NCBI GenBank assembly: GCA_023484515.1
Contig: JAMDAY010000007.1
Span: 50,179-114,178, forward strand
Direction: 5' to 3'
DNA from: Patescibacteria group bacterium
Lineage (GTDB): Bacteria; Patescibacteriota; Doudnabacteria; UBA920
DNA: 64,000 nt
Shown: positions 28,318-37,978 of the stretch, in pieces
How positions within the stretch are numbered: position 1 is the stretch's first letter
How the letters are laid out: the number at the start of each line of letters is the position of its first letter
Translations under genes and position numbers: made by a program
The notes under the pieces: model-generated
Seen by the model: only the letters and a program-made list of their open reading frames with translations
Database searches by the model: none
What the model was told of the DNA's origin: nothing

Positions 28318-28617
28318 ATGAAAAAATTCCAGCGTAAAATTGAAAATTTTATTTGTGAAAATTGCGGCTTTAGCGTTAAAGGCACGGGCTACACCAACCA
28401 TTGCCCCAAATGCCTGTTTTCCAAGCATGTTGACATTAACCCCGGCGACCGCGCCAACACTTGCGGCGGCTTAATGGAACCAGTTGGTTTGGAATTGGAT
28501 CACGGCGAATATATTATAGTATACGAATGCGAAAAATGCGGGGAAATAAAAAAAAACAAAGCGGATAAAAATGACGCTTTTGACGAACTGCTTAAGCTCG
28601 CTAAATCTCTTGCATAA
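28318..28617 (+). CDS. RNHCP-domain zinc-binding protein
   Basis: FICENCG...TNHCPKCLFSKHVD..PGDRA..CGGLM...CEKCG. Confidence 0.88.
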   Translation: MKKFQRKIENFICENCGFSVKGTGYTNHCPKCLFSKHVDINPGDRANTCGGLMEPVGLELDHGEYIIVYECEKCGEIKKNKADKNDAFDELLKLAKSLA

Positions 28618-28673
28618 TCCTATCTTTTTGTTATAATATCAAGGCTGACTATTTAATTTACAAAAGGCGGTAA

Positions 28674-28750
28674 GGGCGGTTAGCTCAGCTGGTTAGAGCG
28701 CCTCGTTTACACCGAGGAGGTCAAAGGTTCGAATCCTTTATCGCCCACCA
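28674..28750 (+). tRNA. tRNA-Val(TAC)
   Basis: CCTCG-TTTACAC-CGAGG, GGTTCGAATCC, CCA. Confidence 0.96.
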
Positions 28751-28795
28751 GAAAAAGTTATTTTTGCTTAAGGTATTAAAAAATGATAAAATAAA

Positions 28796-28872
28796 GCCGG
28801 ACTAGCTCATCGGTTTAGAGCGCTGCCCTGAAGAGGCAGGCGTACCCAGTTCGACTCTGGGGTCCGGCACCA
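28796..28872 (+). tRNA. tRNA-Phe(GAA)
   Basis: CTGCC-CTGAAGA-GGCAG, GTTCGACT, CCA. Confidence 0.93.
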
Positions 28873-28873
28873 A

Positions 28874-28947
28874 GCGGCTATGGTTCAATGGTAGAACTTC
28901 TCCTTGCCATGGAGAGGATAGGGGTTCGATTCCCCTTAGCCGCTCCA
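28874..28947 (+). tRNA. tRNA-Gly(GCC)
   Basis: TCTCC-TTGCCAT-GGAGA, U73 discriminator, CCA. Confidence 0.95.
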
Positions 28948-29041
28948 CAAAGAACACCAGTTTTTGCTGGCGTTTTTTGTTTGACTTGATAAGTTTTATG
29001 CTTATCCGATAGGAGAATAGAATTAAAAACTATCGCCTGCA

Positions 29042-29611
29042 TCAATGCAAACCGGAAAAACTATATACAATAAACCATATAGGTATACTCACTAAAAATA
29101 AACGTTCAAAAAAACCACTATAAGAGTGCCTTAATTTTGGGATTAACCAAATAATTACAAAGCTGAAAAAGGCTATCATGACAAACCAGGTAACTGAAAT
29201 CATATAAGAATTTGCATAAGCTTGGTAGGCGTTTACCATAAAAATAAAAATCGTTGAAAATTTAATTATTGCAAGTATTAAGTGGATAATGCCAGTTTTA
29301 GTCAGTTTACCGGAGCCGGTTAAATCTGCGTGATAATAAAGTAAGGCAATGGAGCTTATAATACTGCCCGCCAAAATATATAGCTGCCAAACCATAGATA
29401 CTTTTTCAATTAAAAGGTATGAAAAAAGAGAAGTATAAGCAAATATAAACGAGAGTCCATATAAAATATAAACTTTCCGGGACTTTACATCAGCGCCGTA
29501 ATCACTGACCGTATTTTTGAGAAAATCAAAAGACGGATACTTATTATGAAGCAGCCCAAGTAATATAATGTTGGCAACGCAACAAATAATTACTAATATA
29601 AGTAAAAGCAT
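29042..29611 (-). CDS. DUF998-like membrane protein
   Basis: NTVSDYG, IHL, GFFERL motifs; multiple TM; AT-rich. Confidence 0.7.
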   Translation of the reverse strand: MLLLILVIICCVANIILLGLLHNKYPSFDFLKNTVSDYGADVKSRKVYILYGLSFIFAYTSLFSYLLIEKVSMVWQLYILAGSIISSIALLYYHADLTGSGKLTKTGIIHLILAIIKFSTIFIFMVNAYQAYANSYMISVTWFVMIAFFSFVIIWLIPKLRHSYSGFFERLFLVSIPIWFIVYSFSGLH

Positions 29612-29847
29612 AAGCTTATTATACTTCGCAAACTTGATTGTGCATAGTCTAAACTTATTTGACCTAACAAGCTTTGAACCATATAGCCAAACCCCTAAAC
29701 CGCAAATTCCGGCACGTAAAACCCTTCGCCAACTTTGACAATTTCATTTCTAGTTGCCATTACCAACGAGCTCCACAAAAAACACCAACAATTTGAAGTT
29801 GGTGATTTTTGTTTGGCAATAAAATTACCCTAGCGCTTTGTGTTTAT

Positions 29848-30111
29848 TTAGGCACCAACCTCTTTAGCGATTGCCTGTTTAATCAGGGTTTGGTAAGGGA
29901 TATCCAGCCGATTGGCTTTTACTTTTAGTTCTGAAACCAGATAGCTGGGCAGACGAATGGAAATGGAGGTGGATGTGGGTTTTAGATTCGGAAAACGCGC
30001 ACGTTTAAATTTTGACCAATCCAAATATTCGGTGGAGTCATGGGTATTCCAAAACTTCGCCTCTTCGTCTTCATTTTTAAATTTAGGGATTTTTTTAAGC
30101 TTTTTTGCCAT
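29848..30111 (-). CDS. BrnA/CopG-type antitoxin
   Basis: IPKFKNEDEEAKFW.THDST, ISIRL...IPYQTLIK; overlaps toxin stop. Confidence 0.9.
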   Translation of the reverse strand: MAKKLKKIPKFKNEDEEAKFWNTHDSTEYLDWSKFKRARFPNLKPTSTSISIRLPSYLVSELKVKANRLDIPYQTLIKQAIAKEVGA

Positions 30112-30397
30112 AATTGCTCCTTTCCTTTCTATTTGCGCTGCGCGCTGAAATTATCCTGACTTTATTATTCCTGATGGTAAAAACAATGAATAAAATTTGC
30201 CCCTTATTGTTCGGCCCTACCAGTTGATATCTCTTTTCGCCAATACTATGCCTGTCGTCAAACAAGACGGCATAATCGCTTAAAAAAGGCTGTTCGGCTT
30301 CCACGGGCATTATGTTATGACGGAGCCGAACCTTGTTACTGTTATGTTCGTCCCATTCAAACTGCAAAGGCTCGGGCAAATCTATAATGTTTTGCAT
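30095..30397 (-). CDS. BrnT-family (DUF497) toxin
   Basis: FEWDEHN..K...H, E.R, IVFTIR...RIISARSA...ER. Confidence 0.92.
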   Translation of the reverse strand: MQNIIDLPEPLQFEWDEHNSNKVRLRHNIMPVEAEQPFLSDYAVLFDDRHSIGEKRYQLVGPNNKGQILFIVFTIRNNKVRIISARSANRKERSNYGKKA

Positions 30398-30680
30398 ATT
30401 AATATTGTATATGAAATTCGCTACATTGTCAAGTTTTGGCGAAAAAAGTGTGTCAATTTGTGTTAGTTCGTGTCAGTGGAAATAGTGTATAGCGGGGTGG
30501 GGTAAAAGGTGGTATAATTAAGGCAAACAATTAAACCACAAAAGAAACCAAATGAAATCTATAACTACCAAGCCAAGGACAGTAAATTTTCCACTGAGAC
30601 AAATAATTTGATTTCTAACATACTTGTTTGACTTTGGCCGCTTTTCCGTCTATTATAGAACTACGGTTAATTTTAAAACT

Positions 30681-30908
30681 ATGGATGAAAACAAAGTTTT
30701 ACAAAAACTTATTGAGCACGATGAACAGCTTGCGGATATTAAGGAAAGAATGGCTACTAAAGATGATATTCGCGAAATTCGACAGGTTATGGACAAAGCC
30801 ATGACTATCTTAGAGCGTCTTGACCAGGAACGGGTTTTTACCGTGGAGTGGATACGCAGGATTGAAGGAGACGTAGACAAAATTAAACGCCAATTACATA
30901 TTGCATAA
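30681..30908 (+). CDS. Small coiled-coil protein
   Basis: ATG 30681, MATKDDI-type coiled coil, hairpin after stop. Confidence 0.7.
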   Translation: MDENKVLQKLIEHDEQLADIKERMATKDDIREIRQVMDKAMTILERLDQERVFTVEWIRRIEGDVDKIKRQLHIA

Positions 30909-30943
30909 TACCCCCAAAGCCGGGGGTATTTTTTAAGTAAAAT

Positions 30944-31597
30944 ATGAAAACAACACCACAAACCCAAGAGCTGGCAAACTCCGTAAATTTAGCAACAACC
31001 GTTTTTAACGCTTGCCAGGTTGAATACCGAATTTTGGGCTCGGTATTAATTGTTTCCCACACCGGAAAGCTATTCCGGCGTATTGGCGATTTGGATATTT
31101 TGCTTGATGAAAGCAAGAAGGCCTGCGTTTTTGGCAAACTAAAGGAAATGGGCGTTGAACTTGTTGCAAGACGTTGGCTAAATTTCTCCTGGACAGAAAC
31201 CAGAAAAGACGGATATTTAGGCCTAACGTTCCTGTTAGTAGGTAAATTTAATAAAGAATACTTTAGCTATCGGTTTCTAAAAGTCTGCGAGCTAAGGATT
31301 AATGCTGATTATTTAACCCCCACTACTTATTGCTTCCACGGTATAAATTTTATTGGCATCCCTATTTCATCAGCCGTTGCCGGTATCCGTAAATCTTTGT
31401 TAAATCCAAAAAGAAAATTAGACCAGGAAGTTTTAGGCGAAGATTTTACCAAATCCAAGACCAGAACTTATAATTGCATTAACGTTTACGTCTTCGGCAT
31501 TAAAATTCCGTTCCTCTATGACGTGTTTTCCTGTCTCTATAACATATACGGCGGCCTTCGCGTTAAATTTGGCCGCAAATACGAAGTATGGGACTAA
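30944..31597 (+). CDS. Nucleotidyltransferase-fold protein
   Basis: YRILGS...RRIGDLDILLD (hGS..DxD). Confidence 0.65.
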   Translation: MKTTPQTQELANSVNLATTVFNACQVEYRILGSVLIVSHTGKLFRRIGDLDILLDESKKACVFGKLKEMGVELVARRWLNFSWTETRKDGYLGLTFLLVGKFNKEYFSYRFLKVCELRINADYLTPTTYCFHGINFIGIPISSAVAGIRKSLLNPKRKLDQEVLGEDFTKSKTRTYNCINVYVFGIKIPFLYDVFSCLYNIYGGLRVKFGRKYEVWD

Positions 31598-32039
31598 CAC
31601 ACAAACTGTCTCTATGTGAAAATTCGGATTCAATATTGGATGGAGGTGTCACAAAATCCCTTTAAAATAAAAGGGTTTTTAATTGAGAAAATGGCTGTTA
31701 TTTAGAGGAAAATCATTTTAAAGCTCATAAATAAGCCAAAATATGGCAAAACAGCCTTGAAAAAACTGCAAAAAAGAGGTATAATTAATTTACAAAGTGC
31801 TATTTGGCACTCTTTTTTAATTAAAAGGGGCTTTAAATAGCGGCTTTACCGGCACTGTCAGACTATTAACAATAATCCGTTATTGCTGTTAGTGCCGGCG
31901 GTTGTCAATTTTTTGTCCACTTTTTACCATTACAAAAAAGCGCGGCAAAAAACGGTCAAACAGCCGTTCCTTAATAATCGCATACTTGTCGTTCCCTTAA
32001 ATAAGGAATGATAGGGGAGAAAGGAGTTTGATTTAAAGA

Positions 32040-32735
32040 ATGAAAGCTCTTTCTCGCCTTCAGTCTGCCATTGATCAAAGCTCCTTTATAGGAATTACCG
32101 CTTTGATCGCGCTGGTGCCGGTGGCTTTCCCCCATTTAACCCTGGCCGCCGAAACAGCTCAGCCTGAAGCGCAATCGGCTTTAGTCTTTGAAATCAAAGA
32201 TCCCTCTGTTTTAAACAGCGAAAATAAAAATTCCATCACTATGGACCAGGTGGTCCAAACCGACCCCCTGGTGGCCAAAGTTAAGGCATATTTGGAAGAC
32301 CACGGTTCGCCTTTGGCCGAATACGCCGCGCAAATCGTGCAGCAGCCCCAATGGCAAAGGGCCTTGGGAGTCAGCTACGTGGAAAGCAATATGGGCATCC
32401 ACTGCTATAATAACAATTGCAGCGGGATAGGAGTTAAGCCCGGACACCCTTCTTGGAGGAAATACGCCACCAAATTGGACTGGTTTATAGACCTGAATAA
32501 TTTGCTGGAAACTCCTCTCTATAAGGAAAAATATAACACTTTCCAAAAAATGAAGGGCGTTTACGTGCAGCCGGGCAGCCAAAGCTGGGTTTACGGCGCT
32601 CAAAAAGTCTATAACGAATTAATGCAGATTACCGAGGAAGCAAACGCCGAACGCCAGCAGCTTGCGCAAAAATATACCAATCCGATTTCCATTGCCATGG
32701 TCGGAACTCCAGAACTAGCCAAATTGGACCAATAA
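32040..32735 (+). CDS. Exported lysozyme-like/glucosaminidase-like protein
   Basis: Signal-like N-terminus; ALGVSYVESNMG...NNCSGI...W..Y pattern. Confidence 0.6.
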   Translation: MKALSRLQSAIDQSSFIGITALIALVPVAFPHLTLAAETAQPEAQSALVFEIKDPSVLNSENKNSITMDQVVQTDPLVAKVKAYLEDHGSPLAEYAAQIVQQPQWQRALGVSYVESNMGIHCYNNNCSGIGVKPGHPSWRKYATKLDWFIDLNNLLETPLYKEKYNTFQKMKGVYVQPGSQSWVYGAQKVYNELMQITEEANAERQQLAQKYTNPISIAMVGTPELAKLDQ

Positions 32736-32779
32736 TGAAATCCCCCATCCAAAACGGATGGGGGATTTAAATTTTACGA

Positions 32780-32866
32780 TGGTGCCCAGGGAGGGAATCG
32801 AACCCTCAATCCCTTGCGGGCGACAGATTTTAAGTCTGTTGCGTATACCAGTTCCGCCACCTGGGC
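32780..32866 (-). tRNA. tRNA-Leu(TAA)
   Basis: ACAGA-CTTAAAA-TCTGT, long variable arm, CCA. Confidence 0.96.
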
Positions 32867-33140
32867 TCATTGACTTTTAGTCTAGATTGTTCCCGTTTTT
32901 ATGGAAGTTTAGCAAAAATACACCTTGCCGCCTTAGCAAATAAATTATAGTCTTACTTCACATAAAGCTTCCTGCTTCGCCAAGACTTCGCCGAACAAGC
33001 CTTAAGGCACTTCTTCGCGATAATAAGCAGCATCAGCAATTTAAACAATACCCGACTTCTAAGCCGCGCTTGCACTTCCTGCTTCACGTAAAGCTTCGCA
33101 GGACGAGTCATAGCTCCGACGTTAAGTCGGAGCGAAGAAG

Positions 33141-33216
33141 TGGAGGCGCAGATGGGATTTGCACCCATGAGTCGCGGTTTTGCAGACCGCTGTGTTAGCT
33201 ACTTCACCACTGCGCC
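33141..33216 (-). tRNA. tRNA-Cys(GCA)
   Basis: GCGGT-CTGCAAA-ACCGC, U73, non-canonical T-loop TGCAAAT. Confidence 0.93.
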
Positions 33217-33344
33217 ACAGCTAAAATACCCTAATAATTCTATCTAAAAACCGGACTTTAAGCAAGACCAGCAAGCTTCGAACTAAACCCCAACCTAAAA
33301 GTAAAAATATTTGACAAATAAAAATTCCGGTGTTAAATTATTTT

Positions 33345-33531
33345 CAACGCCCTATTTCACAGTTAATTAGTCCGGTCATGTCCTATTTAAGGAAGGGATT
33401 AGCCGGACCGAATTTTATCCAATCAATTTGTCCCACACGGCCAAATTTTTACATAAAAATATTTTTTATTCCAGCACCCGCGGCCCAGTGCTTAATTTGG
33501 CGTAAACAAATTCATTTGAATTTGTTTTTTT
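33345..33531 (+). ncRNA. Candidate small RNA
   Basis: TTGACA-17-TAAATT at 33311-33339, internal hairpins, terminator 33504-33531; downstream gene has its own promoter at 33561-33589. Confidence 0.45.
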
Positions 33532-33653
33532 ATTTCCCGGGCAAGCCAAAAGCGGGAAGGTTGACAGATGAAACATTTTCCTGTACTATACACAGTCAAT
33601 AATTATGCCAATCTTTCAATTATTTAATCTTTAAATTATTCAATTAACCTATT

Positions 33654-35039
33654 GTGACCACCAAAACCGCATCCAAAAAAAAGAACGGCTTCCGCAAATT
33701 CTGGCGCTTGGGCATTGAAGAATACAATACCCAAAACTTTGACATTGGCCCGGACGGGGAACTGATAGTCCGCGAAGGCAACTACCAGTACAATATTTTT
33801 GACATTGTAAAAAAATACGGGACTTCCACGGAGATTGTTTTTCCCACGGTCATTGAAAACCGCGTGCGGGACCTGATTGAAACCTTTAACGCTTACATAA
33901 AAGTACTGGGCTACCGGGGCAAGTTCCACTACCATTACGCCATGAAAGTCAACCAGAACAAGGAATTCGTGCTGCCGGCCGTGGCCGAAGGGGCAAATTT
34001 GGACGTGGCCAGCGCCAACGAATTATTCTTGGTCAAACGGATGATAGAACAGGACAAGTTTAACAACAAAATCCGCGTCATTTGCAACGGGCCCAAGACT
34101 GAAAAATATATTGGCCTGATAGAAGAGCTTAAGAGCAAGGGCCTGATTGTCGTTCCCATTATTGAAGACCATGTAGAGCTGGAGCGCTTGAAAAAATTCA
34201 AGGGCGAGGTGGGGGTGCGCGTAAATTTGGACGTAAAAGTCAACAGCCATTGGGACAAAAAATTCAACCGTTACGGGTTCACCGAGGCCGAACTGCTGCG
34301 GCTGGGCAAAATTAAGAACCTGTCCACGTTGCATTACCATATTTCCAGCCAGATTGAACGGATGGAAGGCATGCTTAAGCCGCTCAAGCGGGCGCTGGAG
34401 CTTTACGCCAAGCTGCGGGAAAAGAATCCCGGCCTGGACACCTTGGACATGGGCGGGGGAGCGGGCGTGCCTTACGAAAAACGCAAGCATTTTTATTCCG
34501 CGAAAAATTTAATCCATCACCTGGTTAAGACTGCCAAAAATACCTGCGACCGGCTGCAGGTTAGGCATCCCAACTTGATAGTGGAATGGGGCAGGTACGT
34601 GGCCGCGCCGGCGCAAATTACCATCTACAAAATACTGGCGGAAAAAACCGTGGAAAACAAAGGTAATAACAAGTGGTATGTAATTGACGGCAGCTTTATG
34701 AACGATTTGATTGACACCTGGGCCATACACCAAAAGTGGCACGTGGTGCCGGTTAATTACATGAACACGCGCAAGCTGGAAAAGGTCTGGCTGGCAGGCG
34801 CCTCCTGCGACAGCGACGACAAATATACTTCCGGCGGCGGTTACATTTTGTTGCCCAGGCTAAGCGAGACCGACGAGCTGTATGTCGCCTTTTTGGACAC
34901 CGGCGCTTACCAGGATTCCCTGGCCTCGCACCACTGCCTGCTGTCCAGCCCGGCCAAACTTATAGCCCAAAACGGGGAAATAAAAATTGCCCGCCGCCGC
35001 GAAGTCCCGGAAGAGGTGGGAAAACTTTTTGGCTGGTAA
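33654..35039 (+). CDS. speA: PLP-dependent group IV decarboxylase, arginine decarboxylase-like
   Basis: YAMKVN, CNGPK, HYHISSQI, DMGGG, EWGRY, SCDSDD, GAYQ. Confidence 0.72.
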   Translation: MTTKTASKKKNGFRKFWRLGIEEYNTQNFDIGPDGELIVREGNYQYNIFDIVKKYGTSTEIVFPTVIENRVRDLIETFNAYIKVLGYRGKFHYHYAMKVNQNKEFVLPAVAEGANLDVASANELFLVKRMIEQDKFNNKIRVICNGPKTEKYIGLIEELKSKGLIVVPIIEDHVELERLKKFKGEVGVRVNLDVKVNSHWDKKFNRYGFTEAELLRLGKIKNLSTLHYHISSQIERMEGMLKPLKRALELYAKLREKNPGLDTLDMGGGAGVPYEKRKHFYSAKNLIHHLVKTAKNTCDRLQVRHPNLIVEWGRYVAAPAQITIYKILAEKTVENKGNNKWYVIDGSFMNDLIDTWAIHQKWHVVPVNYMNTRKLEKVWLAGASCDSDDKYTSGGGYILLPRLSETDELYVAFLDTGAYQDSLASHHCLLSSPAKLIAQNGEIKIARRREVPEEVGKLFGW

Positions 35040-35743
35040 TTAACAATCTCTTAATATCATATGCGCAAAGGCTGTCTTTAACCCGGCAACGCCACCATGG
35101 GCGGGGGAGCGGGCGTGCCTTACGAAAAACGCAAGCATTTTTATTCCGCGAAAAATTTAATCCATCACCTGGTTAAGACTGCCAAAAATACCTGCGACCG
35201 GCTGCAGGTTAGGCATCCCAACTTGATAGTGGAATGGGGCAGGTACGTGGCCGCGCCGGCGCAAATTACCATCTACAAAATACTGGCGGAAAAAACCGTG
35301 GAAAACAAAGGTAATAACAAGTGGTATGTAATTGACGGCAGCTTTATGAACGATTTGATTGACACCTGGGCCATACACCAAAAGTGGCACGTGGTGCCGG
35401 TTAATTACATGAACACGCGCAAGCTGGAAAAGGTCTGGCTGGCAGGCGCCTCCTGCGACAGCGACGACAAATATACTTCCGGCGGCGGTTACATTTTGTT
35501 GCCCAGGCTAAGCGAGACCGACGAGCTGTATGTCGCCTTTTTGGACACCGGCGCTTACCAGGATTCCCTGGCCTCGCACCACTGCCTGCTGTCCAGCCCG
35601 GCCAAACTTATAGCCCAAAACGGGGAAATAAAAATTGCCCGCCGCCGCGAAGTCCCGGAAGAGGTGGGAAAACTTTTTGGCTGGTAATTAACAATCTCTT
35701 AATATCATATGCGCAAAGGCTGTCTTTAACCCGGCAACGCCAC
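34448..35743 (+). repeat. Exact 2 x 648-bp tandem duplication
   Basis: 34448-35095 repeated at 35096-35743; ORF translations identical. Confidence 0.95.
35097..35687 (+). pseudogene. Duplicated 3' fragment of decarboxylase
   Basis: Identical to the last 196 aa of 33654-35039; lacks the PLP lysine. Confidence 0.8.
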
Positions 35744-35806
35744 TAAAGGCAGTCTTTTTTTGAAAATTAACCGTAATTTACTTTTAATCCAAGCGTCTGG
35801 CTAAAC

Positions 35807-36616
35807 ATGGAACAAAAAGACTTGGTTTTAGATAAAATTTTGCAAACCATTCCGGCTGCCAGCCCAATTTTAGTAATTTTGGATAAGGATGGCGTGCTAG
35901 ATCCGTTCGTGGAAAACCCGGAAAAGGCGTTTGTGCCGGAGCTGACAAGGGACGCCGTTAATCGGCTGGCCGGCGCTCCCGATACCGACGTGGCAATCGT
36001 CAGCGGCAGGTCCGTAGAGCAGTTAAAAACGCTGGCGGGAAATTTAAACGTGACTTACATAGGCCTGCACGGCAATGAAAAATACGACAACCAAACGCGC
36101 AAATACCAACGGCAACCGGACCCGGAAATAGCGGAAAAAATTATCCTGCTGGGAAAAAATTTAAAAAAAATTTTGGCGGAAAAAAAGCTGGGAAACAAAG
36201 GCGTAATTTTAGAAGTTAAAAATTGCGCGGCTGCCATCCATTGGCGCAAGGCGCCGGAATTGGAGCAAGCAGTCACGGATATATTCCTTAAGGCCCTATC
36301 GGACCAGAACTTGCTGGCAGACGGCAAATTATCCTTGCAGGCAGGCTCCATGTTTTTGGAACTGAAGCCGAATTTATACAATAAGGGCAGCGCCGCAGCC
36401 GAACTTATAAGGTCTAAAAATTACAACCATATAGTGTGCATAGGCGACGACCAAACCGACCTTTCCATGATGGAAGCGGTCAAAGAGTCCGGCAAACCGC
36501 ATACCATTGTAATCGTGGACAGCCGGATAAATTTTCCCGGAGCATTCAGGTTGGACAGTCCCGAAGAAGTTAAAACTTTGCTTTCGCTTCTTGCGGCTAA
36601 GCGCAAGACAAATTAA
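35807..36616 (+). CDS. otsB: Trehalose-6-phosphate phosphatase (HAD IIB)
   Basis: LDKDGVL, IVSGR, GLHGNE, IHWR, NKG, IGDDQTD. Confidence 0.85.
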   Translation: MEQKDLVLDKILQTIPAASPILVILDKDGVLDPFVENPEKAFVPELTRDAVNRLAGAPDTDVAIVSGRSVEQLKTLAGNLNVTYIGLHGNEKYDNQTRKYQRQPDPEIAEKIILLGKNLKKILAEKKLGNKGVILEVKNCAAAIHWRKAPELEQAVTDIFLKALSDQNLLADGKLSLQAGSMFLELKPNLYNKGSAAAELIRSKNYNHIVCIGDDQTDLSMMEAVKESGKPHTIVIVDSRINFPGAFRLDSPEEVKTLLSLLAAKRKTN

Positions 36617-36676
36617 AAAAAATCTATACACCCGGACTTGGTGCGGCATATAAATTGCGAGCGCGTATGACATCTG

Positions 36677-37219
36677 TCATACGCGCTTTTGTGTTACAAT
36701 CATCTGACAATACTGGCAGATGCCAAGGCCGCCAAAAACCGCCATAATACCGGCACAAATTGTGCTAGTTACCGGATCGGCAACCAACCAAGTTATAGCC
36801 GCTGCCGCCAAGGCTACACCTCCTATCCGCGATGCGGGACTCGGTTTCCAGATCGGCCTCTTAATTATGTGACTAAATGGAACCAAGACGGTGACAGTCG
36901 CCTGAACCAAGGTAGCAGCCGCATACACCCACAGAGGAAAGCCGGCCTTAAACACCATTACCAGCAATACTCCTTGGACTACCATCCTGTCTCCTATGGC
37001 GTCGGCTAATCGTCTTATCATAGCTATCCTCCTATTAGAAGCAAACGGAGAGAGCCTAAATACCACGCCATCACAAATATCCAACAAGGCTATCAAGGCA
37101 ATTCCCATACCAGCCCTAAGAGGAGAATAAACTACCCAATAAGCCGTAATCGTGCCGATCAGGGGTTTTATGAATGTTAACCCCAAGCCCGCCCATCCTG
37201 CAATGATCCTAAATTGCAT
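36677..37219 (-). CDS. CDP-alcohol phosphatidyltransferase-like membrane protein
   Basis: DICDGVVFR...ADAIGDR variant of DxxDGxxAR...DxxxD; SD AAGGAGG. Confidence 0.72.
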   Translation of the reverse strand: MQFRIIAGWAGLGLTFIKPLIGTITAYWVVYSPLRAGMGIALIALLDICDGVVFRLSPFASNRRIAMIRRLADAIGDRMVVQGVLLVMVFKAGFPLWVYAAATLVQATVTVLVPFSHIIKRPIWKPSPASRIGGVALAAAAITWLVADPVTSTICAGIMAVFGGLGICQYCQMIVTQKRV

Positions 37220-37378
37220 TACAACCTCCTTATCTTTATTTAAAATTATATCACAGTTTAGAGTTGGCTTTTTCCTTAAATTAGCTTATAATATAACCAA
37301 ATAAAGGCTTTTGAGACAAAAAACCTCCTTTTGGCCTTCTTTACGGGCAAAAAGGGACAAGGAAGGGAGGTGAAAAAA

Positions 37379-37603
37379 ATGAACGTATTAAATTGGATCG
37401 CTTACGTGCTGGTGGTAGTAGGCGGCTTAAACTGGGGGCTGATTGGCCTCTTTGACTTAAACCTGGTAAATAAAATTTTGGGCAGCGTTTCCTGGCTGGA
37501 AAAATTAGTCTATATTTTGGTAGGCCTTTCCGCCTTATTGATCATTTTTACTGTCCGTCCCGGTCCGGCCAAAGCCAAACCCACGCAACAGCCGGCAATG
37601 TAA
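37379..37603 (+). CDS. DUF378 small membrane protein
   Basis: LVVVGGLNWGLIGLFDLNLV...VYILVGLSA; SD GGAGGTG. Confidence 0.9.
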   Translation: MNVLNWIAYVLVVVGGLNWGLIGLFDLNLVNKILGSVSWLEKLVYILVGLSALLIIFTVRPGPAKAKPTQQPAM

Positions 37604-37720
37604 CGTTGTATTTGTTAAACAGCCGCCTTCCTTGGCTCTATGCGCCGGGCGGCTGTTTATTTTGGCTGACAAATTTTTTATCCGGAAAAGTGAAGCCTGT
37701 AAGCCTTAAACCGGAAATTT

Positions 37721-37843
37721 TTATTCCTTTCCACCCCCTCCTTCAGTAGAGCCGAAACCGCGACCGGTTTCCTCTCCTGACTCTTCGGAATCGGTCCGGC
37801 CAAAACCGTGGCCGGTTCCTTCCTGGTTAAAAATTTTAAACAT
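37721..37843 (-). CDS. 40-aa microprotein with internal repeat (below ORF-track cutoff)
   Basis: MFKIFNQEGTGHGFGRTDSEESGEETGRGFGSTEGGGGKE; SD AGGAGGTG. Confidence 0.65.
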   Translation of the reverse strand: MFKIFNQEGTGHGFGRTDSEESGEETGRGFGSTEGGGGKE

Positions 37844-37883
37844 GTTATTCACCTCCTGACAATCGCCGGTAATTCTTATCCCC

Positions 37884-37978
37884 TGAAGGCGCCCTTCGGG
37901 GATAAGTATTCTTAAGATAGCTTGATAATGGCCATTGCCTGATAATCTAAACCCGTTTGTCCCGGAAGGGCGCCTTCA
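37884..37978. repeat. 95-bp inverted-repeat element
   Basis: Arms TGAAGGCGCCCTTC(G/C)GGGAYAA; core colinear with 11568-11663. Confidence 0.85.

Noticed and set aside
33330-33602. 90-aa ORF upstream of the decarboxylase
   Set aside because: It crosses a predicted terminator and a promoter and has no recognisable motif
35097-35687. Independent second decarboxylase gene
   Set aside because: Exact copy of the 3' part of the upstream gene, lacking the PLP lysine
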